From Verrucomicrobiota bacterium (lineage in GTDB: Bacteria > Verrucomicrobiota > Verrucomicrobiia > Limisphaerales > AAA164-E04), in contig CP170459.1 in the NCBI GenBank assembly GCA_047947115.1, positions 2,048,001 to 2,112,000 of the forward strand: a stretch of 64,000 nt of DNA, read 5' to 3'. Below the pieces are notes generated by a model. The model worked only from the letters and a program-made list of their open reading frames with translations, did no database searches and was not told the DNA's origin. The translations under genes were made by a program, and so were the position numbers. Below, in pieces: positions 9,897-20,623 of the stretch; position 1 is the first letter of the stretch, and every line of letters begins with the position of its first letter.

Positions 9897-10250
9897 GTGG
9901 CCATGAAATTACAGATTTACCAAATTCTGCATGTGGCCTCCATGGTGGTGTTGACCGCCTTCACCTTCATGGCCTTTGCAAACCCTGATCCGAAAGGGAA
10001 GAAGAAAACCATGATGATCACGGGCATGATGTCCCTTCTGATGCTGATTGGTGGCTTTGGCATGCTTGCGGTGTTGAAGTATGGTTTCCCTGCCTGGGTG
10101 TTCCTGAAGATTGTGTGCTGGCTTGGGTTGAGCGGCATGGCTGGCATGGCTTATCGTAAACCGGAAAAGATGGGCACTTGGAAATTAATGAGTCTGGCAT
10201 TTCTGCTCGTTGCGATACTGACGGTTTATCTCAAATCCAGTTTTGAGTGA
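9897..10250 (+). CDS. Small 4-TM membrane protein (SirB2-like)
   Basis: YQILH, four hydrophobic helices, FPAWVFLKIVCWL. Confidence 0.7.
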   Translation: MAMKLQIYQILHVASMVVLTAFTFMAFANPDPKGKKKTMMITGMMSLLMLIGGFGMLAVLKYGFPAWVFLKIVCWLGLSGMAGMAYRKPEKMGTWKLMSLAFLLVAILTVYLKSSFE

Positions 10251-10449
10251 TTCTGTGAGTCCTTGCTCCTTTGCTGGATAAAGTTGACCTGACCTTTCAC
10301 TAGGGGTGGATGGTTGCGGGTTTGTGCTGATATGTCGCAAGCGGACTAAAGTGTGCCGAAATTGGTTTATTGTGTCTCCAGGCGTTGTCTTCAGTTTGTC
10401 ACATCATCCATCTTGTCCGGAACTCTTCGCTATGTAAGCTTTCGGTCAT

Positions 10450-10683
10450 ATGAATAAGCACAGATCATTTAGAGCAACTGATATTTCGCTGAGAGACATA
10501 CCCGGGTTTCTTGTTGCGTACGTCATCATCTCCATCATTTCGATCCTTCTTGGAATTCTTGTGGAGCAAATGTCCGATTTTTGGCGGGGCACACTTGTGG
10601 GAGCAGGGGGGGCGATGGTGGTATCGTACTTTCTCATGCGTCCCAGGCAAAAAACAGACGATTCATCAGCCAAAGATCAATAA
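10450..10683 (+). CDS. Small 2-TM hypothetical protein
   Basis: 77-aa ORF with two hydrophobic segments, filling an intergenic gap. Confidence 0.55.
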   Translation: MNKHRSFRATDISLRDIPGFLVAYVIISIISILLGILVEQMSDFWRGTLVGAGGAMVVSYFLMRPRQKTDDSSAKDQ

Positions 10684-10719
10684 ATCTGCGGAAGATTTTC
10701 TTTCAGCCTGATGCTCGCC

Positions 10720-13275
10720 TTACTTCGTGTAGACCTCCAATTTATGTATCGACCAGAATTTTCCCTCGGCGAACCCGTGTTGACTGATGCGGACGTGGCG
10801 GGTTTTGATGCCTGGTAGCATCATGTCGAGCATGGGGTTGTCGCTCTCTCCACGAACAATGGGATCGCTCCAGGTTTTTCCGTCATCGGATATTTCCACA
10901 CTGTACTGACGGGGGTAGTCAAAGGCTGAAGGCTGACAGTCAAGGACGATGGAAGTGATCTCCTTGGCTTCACCCATGTCGAAGGCGAACCACATGCCCG
11001 GGCGCTGCGTGATGCCTGTATCCCACCGCGAACTTGGATTCCCATCGATGGCTTGACGGCTTTTCTGTTGATTGTGACTGGCGCTCAGCACCCAGGACTG
11101 CATCTGTTTTGATGGGATGGGCGTGATCTTCATGATCTCATCCGCTTGCCACATTGTTTTTTTGTCCAGAATGGTCGCCCGAACCGCAGCCACGTCTTCG
11201 GGACTTATGGACGGTGCCCGGTTGCCCCATTGGGTGCGAACGTAGGTGAGAACGGATGCGATCCATTTGTCGTCATAACTTTCCAAGGGCAGCATGGGAC
11301 CGGGGTAGGTCTTGCCATCCAGTTTGCCCATCATTCCTTTGAGAACAATTTTGATGGGGATATCCATTTTGCCAACCAATCGAGACGAGCCTGCCAATGG
11401 CGCGCCGAGTGTCATGTTTGGGATACCTTGAACCGGTGTGCCTCTTCCGTCCTCACCATGACAGGCCGTGCAGATGGCTTTGTAGTTCGTTTCCCCTTGA
11501 GCGAGTAATTCGCTGTAAGCACGCCGGCGTTTGGCATCTTCCTGCCGGGTTTTCATGTGCTGGATCACTGCGGTGACGTTTGGATTGGTGGCAAATTGCT
11601 CGCTGATTTGTTCGATGATGGGAGATCCTTCCGATGCGCCTGTATGAGCCAGTGAGAGGACGAGTTGAATGGCGATGTCCGGGTTTGTGTCTCTTGTCAG
11701 TTTGGATAAATGTTGGATCACTTCTTGATTCCCTGAACGGATGGCTGGTTCTAACATTCGGATCGCACCGGCACGAACACGGTCATCGGAATCATTCAGC
11801 TTCTCCAGGAGCAGGGGAACGTCACTCACTCCCAAACCATCCAGGGTCCATAAAGCATGCAATCTGCCTAAAGGAAGTTCCTCTTCTCGAGCCATTCTTT
11901 CCAGATCCGGCGCAACTGAAGCATCACCACGCACAACGATCAGTTTTTGTGCTTCATCGCGCCACCAACCGTTTGGATGCGATAGGTGTTGGGTTAATTG
12001 CTTTGTTGTTTCTTTGAGTAGATTTGGTTTGGGGCCGCGTTTCGTTGATTGATGCACGATGCGATATATCCTTCCCCGACCGATGTTCTTATCCAGTCCA
12101 TATTGTTCAACGACACCACGCAGGTAGGAACCAGGTCGGACCCAGGCGCCTTCCTGGATGATGCCGCGATACATGTCGCATATGTAGAGGCATCCGTCAG
12201 GGCCGGTGGCAGCGTGGACCGGACGAAAATTGGCATCTCTGGATCGAATGAATTCTGTTCCGGGCGTTGCATTTTTCAAAATGACTTTTCCGTTTTCGTG
12301 GACAACTTTGGCCCGTCGAACGAGGCGCCCCACTGGTTCAGGGATGATGTAGTCGCCATAAAAATCCGATGGCAGATGATTCCCGCGAAAGATATGTTGA
12401 CCGGCGCATCCAGTGAAGTTGTTCAGGGTCAGTTGATCCTTTCGATAACGTCCTTGTCCGCCCTGCACATCGGGAATTTGAACCAAAGGAAAAACTTCGT
12501 GGAAGCCGGGTTCCTTTTCTCCCGGCAGAGAAAAGCTGCCGTAGACCAAAGGTTGTTGAAATGCTTGAGCGGGATTTTCTCCCCCGGCAGTGCAGAAGAA
12601 GTTGCGACCGACATCGTCGTGCGTCACACCCCATTGTCCTGATCCATTGGGTAATTGCTCCGATACAATTCTGTCGCCCTCCCAACGATAGCGTCGGTTG
12701 GTGTAAGTGACATACATCCAGTTGTCGATGTTCCAGACCAGGCCGCTTGGTTGATGCTCAAGGTTTCCGCCGCGTGGGCCGCCTTCGTAGACGAGTTTCT
12801 TCTCATCCGCAACGCCATCGCCATTCGTATCGCGGTAGCTGTATAGATCGAAAGTGTCCGTTTCACGGATGATGACCCGATCCCCGAGTGGTTGAATCAT
12901 GCGGGGCATCACCAGCTTGTCGACGAACACAGAGCGTTTGTCCATCCTTCCATCGTCATCAGTATCCTCCAGTAGCACGACACGACAGACCGGGTCGTGT
13001 TCGTTCTTGCCGTCAATGTCCTGCATGTAGGTGTTCAGTTCCGCCACGTAAAGTTTTCCATCGCCATCCCAGGCCATGGCAGCCGGTTCTTCCACCATAG
13101 GCTCTGCGGCGACCAGTTCCACGGAGTAGCCTTCCTGGAGTTCCATCAGGGCCATGCTTTCTTCCGGGGAATAGACGCGCGCTTTTTGATCGTAGAGATT
13201 TTGGTCAAAGGCTGCTCCATGAGCCAGGAACGTGACCAATGCAAATAGTATGAGGTACAAGTTTCTTTGTGACAT
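10720..13275 (-). CDS. PVC-type membrane-bound dehydrogenase-like beta-propeller with HEAT repeats, cytochrome c and F5/8 (discoidin) domain
   Basis: LVAAEPMVEEP, LEDTDDDGRMD, TGPDGCLYICDMYRG, LSHPNGWWRDEAQ, CTACHG, AIDGNPSSRW...DYPRQY. Confidence 0.88.
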   Translation of the reverse strand: MSQRNLYLILFALVTFLAHGAAFDQNLYDQKARVYSPEESMALMELQEGYSVELVAAEPMVEEPAAMAWDGDGKLYVAELNTYMQDIDGKNEHDPVCRVVLLEDTDDDGRMDKRSVFVDKLVMPRMIQPLGDRVIIRETDTFDLYSYRDTNGDGVADEKKLVYEGGPRGGNLEHQPSGLVWNIDNWMYVTYTNRRYRWEGDRIVSEQLPNGSGQWGVTHDDVGRNFFCTAGGENPAQAFQQPLVYGSFSLPGEKEPGFHEVFPLVQIPDVQGGQGRYRKDQLTLNNFTGCAGQHIFRGNHLPSDFYGDYIIPEPVGRLVRRAKVVHENGKVILKNATPGTEFIRSRDANFRPVHAATGPDGCLYICDMYRGIIQEGAWVRPGSYLRGVVEQYGLDKNIGRGRIYRIVHQSTKRGPKPNLLKETTKQLTQHLSHPNGWWRDEAQKLIVVRGDASVAPDLERMAREEELPLGRLHALWTLDGLGVSDVPLLLEKLNDSDDRVRAGAIRMLEPAIRSGNQEVIQHLSKLTRDTNPDIAIQLVLSLAHTGASEGSPIIEQISEQFATNPNVTAVIQHMKTRQEDAKRRRAYSELLAQGETNYKAICTACHGEDGRGTPVQGIPNMTLGAPLAGSSRLVGKMDIPIKIVLKGMMGKLDGKTYPGPMLPLESYDDKWIASVLTYVRTQWGNRAPSISPEDVAAVRATILDKKTMWQADEIMKITPIPSKQMQSWVLSASHNQQKSRQAIDGNPSSRWDTGITQRPGMWFAFDMGEAKEITSIVLDCQPSAFDYPRQYSVEISDDGKTWSDPIVRGESDNPMLDMMLPGIKTRHVRISQHGFAEGKFWSIHKLEVYTK

Positions 13276-13403
13276 AATTTCTCGGTTAAAGTTCTGCCGG
13301 GGAAAGTGACAAATCTCAGGTTGGGTTGCAAGCGCGTGGTTGAAATGATTGTGTGGCTTGTCAAGTGGGGCTTGCCCTCTTCACCCATCCAGCCTTGTGT
13401 CGC

Positions 13404-14195
13404 TTATTCTCTCCCGTTTTCCCAACAAAGACAGGTTCGTTTGGTGAGTGATTGAAAGCCCAAACGCTTTAATATAGGGAAGCTCTCGGAGCCGGCATCC
13501 ACGGCGCACCAATCGTTCCCTGTGGCTGCGGCGGCTGTGGCGCGTTCGGCGACCATGGCTCGATAAATGCCTTGCCCGCGCCATTCAGGCAAAACCGTCC
13601 CACCAAACAACGAAGCAAAAGGGCTGCCCCGCCAGTGGATTGCCCAGGAAGTGCCCACAGGTTGATCATGGTTATATGCGACCAGCACCGTGCTGTCTTC
13701 AGGGTGATCTTTGACCAGATGGGTCAACCAACGCGTGACGAAATCATGGTATTGTGTTCCCCATACCAAATCGGACACATGAAGCGAATCGGGTATGTCG
13801 CGCGGCTGATCCAGCTTTCGAATCAGTACGTTGTGAGGAGATTGAACCGGTTTAATCTCTGATGATTTGCAGATGACCAATGTCTCCTCAGAGTCGATGA
13901 CAAATCCATGGTTTGTCAAACGATCGACCAGGTCCTTTGGTTGATCATGGTTGTAAACATACCACTCGCAGCTGTGGCCAAGTTTTTGGAAGTAATCCTG
14001 GTGAATTTTAATTTCCCGATCAGCGTTGTTTTCGTCGAGATCGCTCCACACAATAAAGTTTTCGGAAGGGAATGCGCTCGGTCCCGTTACACGGGTGACC
14101 CGGTCCAGGCGCTCCACTTGGTGACCCACACATCGGCAGTCACGCCGCACATGTTGGTCGAACAGCTCGAGCAGTGATTCATGATCCAGGGACAT
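13404..14195 (-). CDS. GNAT family N-acetyltransferase
   Basis: LFGGTVLPEWRGQGIYRAMV...SFPILKRLGF; start taken at MSLDHE. Confidence 0.88.
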   Translation of the reverse strand: MSLDHESLLELFDQHVRRDCRCVGHQVERLDRVTRVTGPSAFPSENFIVWSDLDENNADREIKIHQDYFQKLGHSCEWYVYNHDQPKDLVDRLTNHGFVIDSEETLVICKSSEIKPVQSPHNVLIRKLDQPRDIPDSLHVSDLVWGTQYHDFVTRWLTHLVKDHPEDSTVLVAYNHDQPVGTSWAIHWRGSPFASLFGGTVLPEWRGQGIYRAMVAERATAAAATGNDWCAVDAGSESFPILKRLGFQSLTKRTCLCWENGRE

Positions 14196-14276
14196 GGTTC
14201 GACATCCTACCCAGAGATTCCTCCAATCCAAACGCTCTTTGGAGGGCGGCATTTGCCCCAATCAACAAGTGAGACG

Positions 14277-15950
14277 CTACTTTTGAATGAGATCAATGGC
14301 GGCCTTGGCCAGTGCGTCGCCGATGAGGAAATAACTTTCCGCGTTGCCATACCAGTGGTGGCCGTGGGTGATATTGGGTGATCGTTCCTTTGGACGGGCA
14401 AAGGCAGTGGTTTCTACGAAAGCGGCGTATTCCATGCGTGCCGTTCCTTCGCGTTGGGCTTTGCGGAATTCAGCCATGTTGCTTTCCTTTATGGCGGGGC
14501 CACCGTTTCCAAGTTCGCCGACTATGAAGGGCAGTTGATGGGCGTTGAATTCCTTTCGCACATCTTTTGCGAGATTCACGAGATTGTTCGCATATTCAGG
14601 AATGGCAGGTTTTGTCACCATGTCATTCCATCCCTGCATCCAGACGAAGCCCGCCAGTTCGTAAGGAACTTGCCCAAGGCCATCAAGGGCTGCGTGGATC
14701 TCTTCGATCATCTGCGTATAATAAGGGCCAACCTGGCCGCCTGAGCTCGGTGGTCGAAAATCAACGTGGAGACTTTTGCCTCCCCATGCCGTTTTAATCA
14801 GAAATACCGGTTCCTCGAAATAGTCGCCAACCACGTGTCCAAATTGAAGTTCCGGGCCGATATGGCTGCTGCCACCGTAGCCTGTGTAGCCAACTGTCAG
14901 GTTACCTTTCCGATGTTCGTCTTTGGATTTGTATGATATCTGGACATCCTTTCGCTCAACCCAGTTTCCATGTTCATCTTTAAGGTGTTTCATTTTAAGG
15001 GCACTTTCGGAATGTTTCATTGACCATTCCAGATTGCCTTTACCTTCATTGTAATACTGAGGGTGATCCATGGACACCACGCCTTGACCTTGCATGTTTG
15101 ATTGGCCTGCGAGGATAAAGACTTTGGTGGGAACGTGTTCTGTTGGTTTTTCGGGTGGCGTCACTGAAGTCGAAGCTTTCCCGGATGCGAAAGGTTTCGA
15201 TTCCTTGGGCGCGGTTTGAGGTCGAAGGCGCAAAGTGACCTGAGTGCCGATCCCGGGGAGTTTGCTGCCAGCAAGGCTCCAGTTCAAAGCAGCGTTGTCG
15301 TGGCTGCGGATATCGGGAAGACAAAGAACTTCATCGCCGAACGTTGTGATCGACATGACGTTTCCGCTTCGGTCGGCAAGGTATTGTGGAGCCCCTCCTT
15401 CCTTGTCAGGAATCAACTCAGAACCCGCAAAAAGGAATGTGTGGGTTGGAAATGTCTCCCCATCCTCATTCACCATGAATTCCCTGATGGGTTTCTCAAA
15501 CGACTTGCCGGACTTCTCATCTTTGGAGACAAGGAACACATCCACTTTACCTCCTGACGGAGGTACGGGAACCCACATGGTTCCCGAATTTCCGATGGAT
15601 TTGCTATGAGCTGGGCGCCCTGCTTCAGCGCCCAATAGAAGCAATGCCGCATGGATGTCCCTGGCGGTGGCTTCGACGGCAACAATGGACTCATGTTCCT
15701 TGGTGCCTTTGGTGCAGGCAACCAACTCGAGCATCCCTTCCTCAAGGCAGATGCGTGCATCAATGTCCACATACCATTCGGTGGTATTGATACTCAAGCC
15801 TTGCAGATTGAGGGCTTTGTTCGGGGCTTCCTCTCGAGGTTTTAGAGTTTCCTTACCCCCAACTGCCCCGTCAGCATTGATGGGTGAGCATCCCCAAACA
15901 ATCGCCGCCAGGAACCATAACGCTAAGTGACAATAAGATCTCATGATCAA
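14277..15950 (-). CDS. YdjY-like domain fused to a sialate O-acetylesterase (SASA/SGNH) domain
   Basis: LELVACTKGTKEHES, FLFAGS; VFILAGQSNMQG, GPELQFG, IKTAWGGKSL, WMQGWND, HHWYGNA. Confidence 0.85.
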   Translation of the reverse strand: MIMRSYCHLALWFLAAIVWGCSPINADGAVGGKETLKPREEAPNKALNLQGLSINTTEWYVDIDARICLEEGMLELVACTKGTKEHESIVAVEATARDIHAALLLLGAEAGRPAHSKSIGNSGTMWVPVPPSGGKVDVFLVSKDEKSGKSFEKPIREFMVNEDGETFPTHTFLFAGSELIPDKEGGAPQYLADRSGNVMSITTFGDEVLCLPDIRSHDNAALNWSLAGSKLPGIGTQVTLRLRPQTAPKESKPFASGKASTSVTPPEKPTEHVPTKVFILAGQSNMQGQGVVSMDHPQYYNEGKGNLEWSMKHSESALKMKHLKDEHGNWVERKDVQISYKSKDEHRKGNLTVGYTGYGGSSHIGPELQFGHVVGDYFEEPVFLIKTAWGGKSLHVDFRPPSSGGQVGPYYTQMIEEIHAALDGLGQVPYELAGFVWMQGWNDMVTKPAIPEYANNLVNLAKDVRKEFNAHQLPFIVGELGNGGPAIKESNMAEFRKAQREGTARMEYAAFVETTAFARPKERSPNITHGHHWYGNAESYFLIGDALAKAAIDLIQK

Positions 15951-16021
15951 TTGGTTTTCATGCCATTATTATTTTTTGCGAGGCATTCCTCAAACACGAA
16001 AAGATCGCCATGATTCGAAGC

Positions 16022-16195
16022 TTAAAACACATGTGCGGCAGTATCAAATGCAATTCCCATGGCTGTCAGAAATCCGGTATCTCTTCATGATAGAAGGCTA
16101 TGCCGGTTACAACGGCGAAGTCCGGGCCCGGGCTGATCACATCCAGTAAATGAAGGCCGGCGAAAATGTAAACACCAGTAATGGACTCTCACTCG
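16022..16195 (-). pseudogene. LysE/RhtB transporter remnant
   Basis: Manual translation: AGLHLLDVISPGPDFAVV, then a frameshift to RHSLLS*RDTGFLTAMGIAFDTAAHVF*. Confidence 0.65.
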
Positions 16196-16272
16196 CCGTT
16201 GCACAAGTTCCATCCAGTCCTAAAGAGTCTGGATGTGGGGTCAATCAATATTCCGACTATTTTAACCAGTTG

Positions 16273-17880
16273 TTAAGCAGTGATGGCAGCACGTTCGTTT
16301 CCTTCTGAATTCGTTTTTTCCAGGAAGTAATCGTAGTCGCCCGCATATGAAGTGACAGTGCCCTTGTTGACATGTAATACTTTGGTGGCGAGCTTGCGGA
16401 TGAAGTGGACATCATGGGAGATGAACACCAATGATCCTTCATATCGCTCAAGCGCAATAATGAGTGACTCAACGGTCAGGATGTCAAGGTGGGTGGTCGG
16501 TTCGTCCATGAGCAGGAGATTCGGGGGATCTACCAAAAACTTCACGAGGTTGAGCCGGCTTTTTTCACCTCCGCTCAGCACGGTCGTTTTCTTATAAATC
16601 TCTTCCTTGCGAAACATGAATGAACCCAGGATGCCGCGTGCTTCATCCTCGCGAATTTCCGGGGCAGCCTTCATGACTTCGTCGATTACCGTGTTATTCG
16701 GATCCAATGATGCGGCGCGGTGCTGGCTGAAGTAGCCGAGTCGACAGTTGTGTCCTTCGGTTCGTTTGCCTTTTTGGAATTTCAATTCTCCTGCTAGAAT
16801 TTTGAGAAGGGTTGATTTTCCCGCCCCATTCGGGCCGACGAGCACCGTGCGATCGCCCCGCTGGACATCCAGGTCGAGCCCTTCATAAACCTTGTTGTCT
16901 CCGTAAGCCATGTGAATGCCTTCCAGTGAAATGGATCGTTGACCGCCACGCACCGGGGAAGGGAATCTGAAGGGGTAAGGTTTGCGGGGGGGGACGGGCT
17001 TTTTGAGCATCACCATTTTGTCCAGCATCTTGAGTCGGCTCTGTGCCTGCGCGGCCTTGGAGCTTACATTGCGGAATTTGCTGACGAAATCCTTGATCTC
17101 CGCAATTTCCTTTTGCTGGTTTTTGTAGGCTGCAGAATCCCGAACAAACGCTTCCTGCTTCTGAACTTCGTATTCCGAATAGTTGCCTTTCCAGGCGAGA
17201 AGTTTCTTGTCCGAGAACTCGAACACTTTTTGCACGATGTCATCCATGAACTGGCGATCATGGGAGATCAACAGTACGGCACATTGCTGATTCTTCAGGT
17301 GATTTTGAAACCAAAGCAAGGCACTCAGATCAAGATGATTGGTCGGTTCGTCCAGCATGAGCAAATCGGGTTCCATGGCCAGCAAACGGGCAAGATGCGC
17401 ACGCATGACCCATCCGCCGCTCAATTCAGCAGCCGGACGCGTAAAATGGTCTTCTGAAAAACCCAGTCCATGCAACATTTTCTTGGCCTTGGCTTCGAAC
17501 TGTGGATCGTTCAGAGCGTCAAATTTTGCCTGTGTCTCATAGTATTCGATGCATTCACAGGTGCCGGCTTCCTCCAGTTTGCGAAGCTTTTCTTCCAACT
17601 CCGGGATGGCACCAGCCCGGCCGGTGGCTACTTCCAACACAGTCTCATTGCCGAGTGCTTCTCCTTCCTGCGGGAGGTAGCCGACGGTCGTCCATTCGTC
17701 CCGGTTGATTTCGCCTGAATCGGCCGTGTCCTCACCCAGGATGAGAGAGAAAAGGGTGGTCTTGCCGGAGCCGTTGGGGCCGACCAAGGCCACTCGATCG
17801 CCGTAGTTTATGGTCATGGATACGTCCTCGAACAAGGGCGTCCCTGAAAATGCTTTTGCTAGGTTACGAATTGTTAACAT
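16273..17880 (-). CDS. ABC-F family ATP-binding protein
   Basis: Two NBDs (GPNGSGKT, LSGGW, DEPTNHLD; GPNGAGKS, LSGGE, DEPTTHLD) and no TM segments. Confidence 0.95.
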   Translation of the reverse strand: MLTIRNLAKAFSGTPLFEDVSMTINYGDRVALVGPNGSGKTTLFSLILGEDTADSGEINRDEWTTVGYLPQEGEALGNETVLEVATGRAGAIPELEEKLRKLEEAGTCECIEYYETQAKFDALNDPQFEAKAKKMLHGLGFSEDHFTRPAAELSGGWVMRAHLARLLAMEPDLLMLDEPTNHLDLSALLWFQNHLKNQQCAVLLISHDRQFMDDIVQKVFEFSDKKLLAWKGNYSEYEVQKQEAFVRDSAAYKNQQKEIAEIKDFVSKFRNVSSKAAQAQSRLKMLDKMVMLKKPVPPRKPYPFRFPSPVRGGQRSISLEGIHMAYGDNKVYEGLDLDVQRGDRTVLVGPNGAGKSTLLKILAGELKFQKGKRTEGHNCRLGYFSQHRAASLDPNNTVIDEVMKAAPEIREDEARGILGSFMFRKEEIYKKTTVLSGGEKSRLNLVKFLVDPPNLLLMDEPTTHLDILTVESLIIALERYEGSLVFISHDVHFIRKLATKVLHVNKGTVTSYAGDYDYFLEKTNSEGNERAAITA

Positions 17881-18252
17881 GGATCAAAATGACAACTTAC
17901 GCAGGCACAGACGCTGCGGCCTTTCTTAAGGAAAGGGAAGTCGAGACAAAAGGGATTATTCAATCGGGTCAATAAAAAAGGGTTGAGGCTGGCCTTCAAT
18001 TTTCTTGGTCAGGAACGCCGCAAGGGGAGTCAATATTTGTTAAAGACGATCCTTATCCCCCGGAAAAACGCCTGAGCATGGGATTTTTCCGTATTTCCTG
18101 ATGTGACTGTCGTCGTTCATGTGGCGCAGTCCATGAACTCGAGCTTTTGAGACAGTGAGAGACGGTCGGCAGGATTCTTGGGGAACCGTGTTGCGTCAGG
18201 TTGTGTGATTTCCTTGGTCACGGCTGGTGTTTCAAGTCGGGATCATGTCCGC

Positions 18253-19296
18253 TTACTCGGGGCCTGATGCCTCCCGCACGACTCTAAATCCGGTGTAGAT
18301 CGAAGCATCACCGGACTCGGCATAGGTGCGTATCGTTGAACGCACGGCCGCCGGCGCACAGGTCCATGCGCCTCCTCGCAAGACACGCCAATCACCAAAC
18401 GCGTGTTGATCCGTTTTATCTTCAAACAAGGGATCAGTTAGGAGGACTTGATCCCTCTCCTGTCTTGGAATTCCATCATAAATGCGTTCGTATACATCCT
18501 CTGACCACCGATCCTGACACCACTCCCAAACATTTCCATGCATATCATGAATACCCCAGGCATTGGGTTTGAATTTTCCCGCCAGAGCTGTGAAAACATA
18601 TCCATCTCCGTCTCCTTTCTCAAGTTGCACGGCACGCTGATATCGGGTTGTGTTGGGGAATGCTTCTTCCAGTGAGGCGTCGGCCACATTGGCATGTGAA
18701 TATGCCTCCTTTGGATCGCTCCCCCATGCGTACCAGGTTTTGGTTCCCGCTCGACAGGCCAATTCCCATTCGGCTTCGGTTGGGAGTCGGTAAACCATGC
18801 GTTCCTTTTCAGAAAGCCAGGCGCAAAAAGCGGTCGAGTCCTTCCAAGTCACACAAACAACCGGATGCCGATCGGTTTGTTCAAATCCGGGGGTTCTCCA
18901 GGTTATCATCGGATCCTGATGAAACCGATCCACGTAATCCTTTTCCTCCGGGAAGAATCCCAATGCTCCGTCACCTGTTTCCGCTTCGGTGACGTAACCG
19001 GTGGCCTCCACAAACTGCCGGAACTGACCCACCGTTACCTCTGTTTGCCCGATGTCAAATGCCTTGGAAATGTTCACCCGATGAGAAGGCTTTTCATAGC
19101 GCAGGTCCTGAGCGTTGCTGAAGGGATGCTGACGATCAAATAGTCGTTCACGCTGTTGATCCGTGTCAAACCCTCGTATGTATTCCATCGGCTGGATGCG
19201 GACAAAGGTCATTCCGATGGAATCCTTTGCTGATGCTGCCTTGAGTCCCAGTAATAATCAGATCCCGCAACAAACGAACAGTCGTTTCGTATTCAT
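18253..19296 (-). CDS. SUMF1/formylglycine-generating-enzyme family protein; in-frame TGA in its signal peptide
   Basis: TEVTVGQF, HPVVCVTW, YRLPTEAEWE, PNAWGIHDMHGNVWEWC, RVLRGG, GFRVV. ATG 19296 overlaps the upstream stop; TGA at 19258-19260. Confidence 0.85.
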
Positions 19297-20612
19297 GCCA
19301 GCAATTCACTGATCACACCCCGGCTGTCCAGGAAAGGTTCTTTCAGCTCGATCCCCATTTGCTGCACCATGGTCTGCCACAGAGATGAAAGCGGTGTGTT
19401 TTCCTTCAATTGCAGATGTGTATGATGTTTGATGCCGAGTCCACTGCCACCGGAAAGCATGGTGGGCAGAGTGTCTTTGCTGTGTCCGATCCCCATCCCA
19501 CTGGAGAAACCGAGCATGGTATGATCCAGCAGTGTTCCCTCTCCATCCCGTATCGATGTCAGGCGGTTCATGAAATAGTACCAATGGCTCATGTAGATGG
19601 TGTCTACTTTGGCCAGTTCTTCCAGGTTCTTGGGGTCATTACCGTGATGGGTTAATTCGTGGTAACCTTTGGAAACTCCAAACTCCGGATAAACCCCACC
19701 GGCCAGTTCGGTTCGAACCACATAACTGATCACACGTGTGGAATCGGTCTGAAATGCCAGAGCAATCAAGTCGTACATCAACTTGGCAAAGATATCGTAA
19801 ACGAAGCGACCGTTTCCTTCTGGAGCGATGGCTTTTTCATAATCGCCAAATCCCTTGAGAGAAGGGTTCGGTTTGGGCCGGTCAGCCCAGTCCAGTTCGC
19901 GTTCCAATCCACGTTCCACTTCACGAGCGGAATGAAAGTATTGATCCAATTGCTCCTGATCCGTTCGTCCCAGTTGGCGTTGAAGATCCTTCGCATCCTC
20001 CATCACCGCATCCAGCACACTCCCTCTCTGACGAAACTCCTGCTGTTGTGCCGTACGATCCTGTTCGTTGGTTGCCCGGAACAAACGGTCGAACAATTGT
20101 TTTGGGTCGTTTTCAGCTGGCAGGGGCACACCTTGACGATTCCAGGAAATCGTTGCCAGCACCTGGCTGCCGAATCCCGTTCCACGCTTGACGGACAACT
20201 GCAGGGATGGAAACCGTGCATGCTTTCCTTGTTGTTCCGCAACCCGTTGATCCGGGGAGAGGATCTGCTTTGCCCCGCGCTCAACGCCTGTCGCAAAGGG
20301 GTAGGCGCCATCGTGTCCGCCGCCATGTTCGAGCCAGGTGCCGGATAGGACCGTAAATGCGTCTCGATGGGATTCGAGAGGGTGCAGAATGCGCGAGAGT
20401 TTGGCTTCGTGCCCAAAACCTTCCGGGTAAAACTGGCGCATGTTCATACCGGTTCCGAAGTAGAACATCCCCATACGTGGAATGGTTTTCATTGGGCTGA
20501 CGGCTCCCAGCCGCAGGGGCATCATGGCTTCCAACAAGGGGAGAGCCATGCAAGTTCCGGCACCGCGCAGAAAACGGCGGCGATCCATTGGTTTGCGTAA
20601 TGAAAGATGCAT
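19293..20612 (-). CDS. DUF1552 family protein
   Basis: RRRFLRGAG..MALPLLEAM, RFPSLQL, LALAFQTDSTRV-type motif, GTLLDHT. Confidence 0.92.
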   Translation of the reverse strand: MHLSLRKPMDRRRFLRGAGTCMALPLLEAMMPLRLGAVSPMKTIPRMGMFYFGTGMNMRQFYPEGFGHEAKLSRILHPLESHRDAFTVLSGTWLEHGGGHDGAYPFATGVERGAKQILSPDQRVAEQQGKHARFPSLQLSVKRGTGFGSQVLATISWNRQGVPLPAENDPKQLFDRLFRATNEQDRTAQQQEFRQRGSVLDAVMEDAKDLQRQLGRTDQEQLDQYFHSAREVERGLERELDWADRPKPNPSLKGFGDYEKAIAPEGNGRFVYDIFAKLMYDLIALAFQTDSTRVISYVVRTELAGGVYPEFGVSKGYHELTHHGNDPKNLEELAKVDTIYMSHWYYFMNRLTSIRDGEGTLLDHTMLGFSSGMGIGHSKDTLPTMLSGGSGLGIKHHTHLQLKENTPLSSLWQTMVQQMGIELKEPFLDSRGVISELLA

Positions 20613-20623
20613 GGGTTTGATGG

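Noticed and set aside
17885..17940. Two small hairpins upstream of the ABC-F gene as an attenuator or riboswitch
   Set aside because: Short stems, with no leader peptide, U-tract or known aptamer motif recognised.
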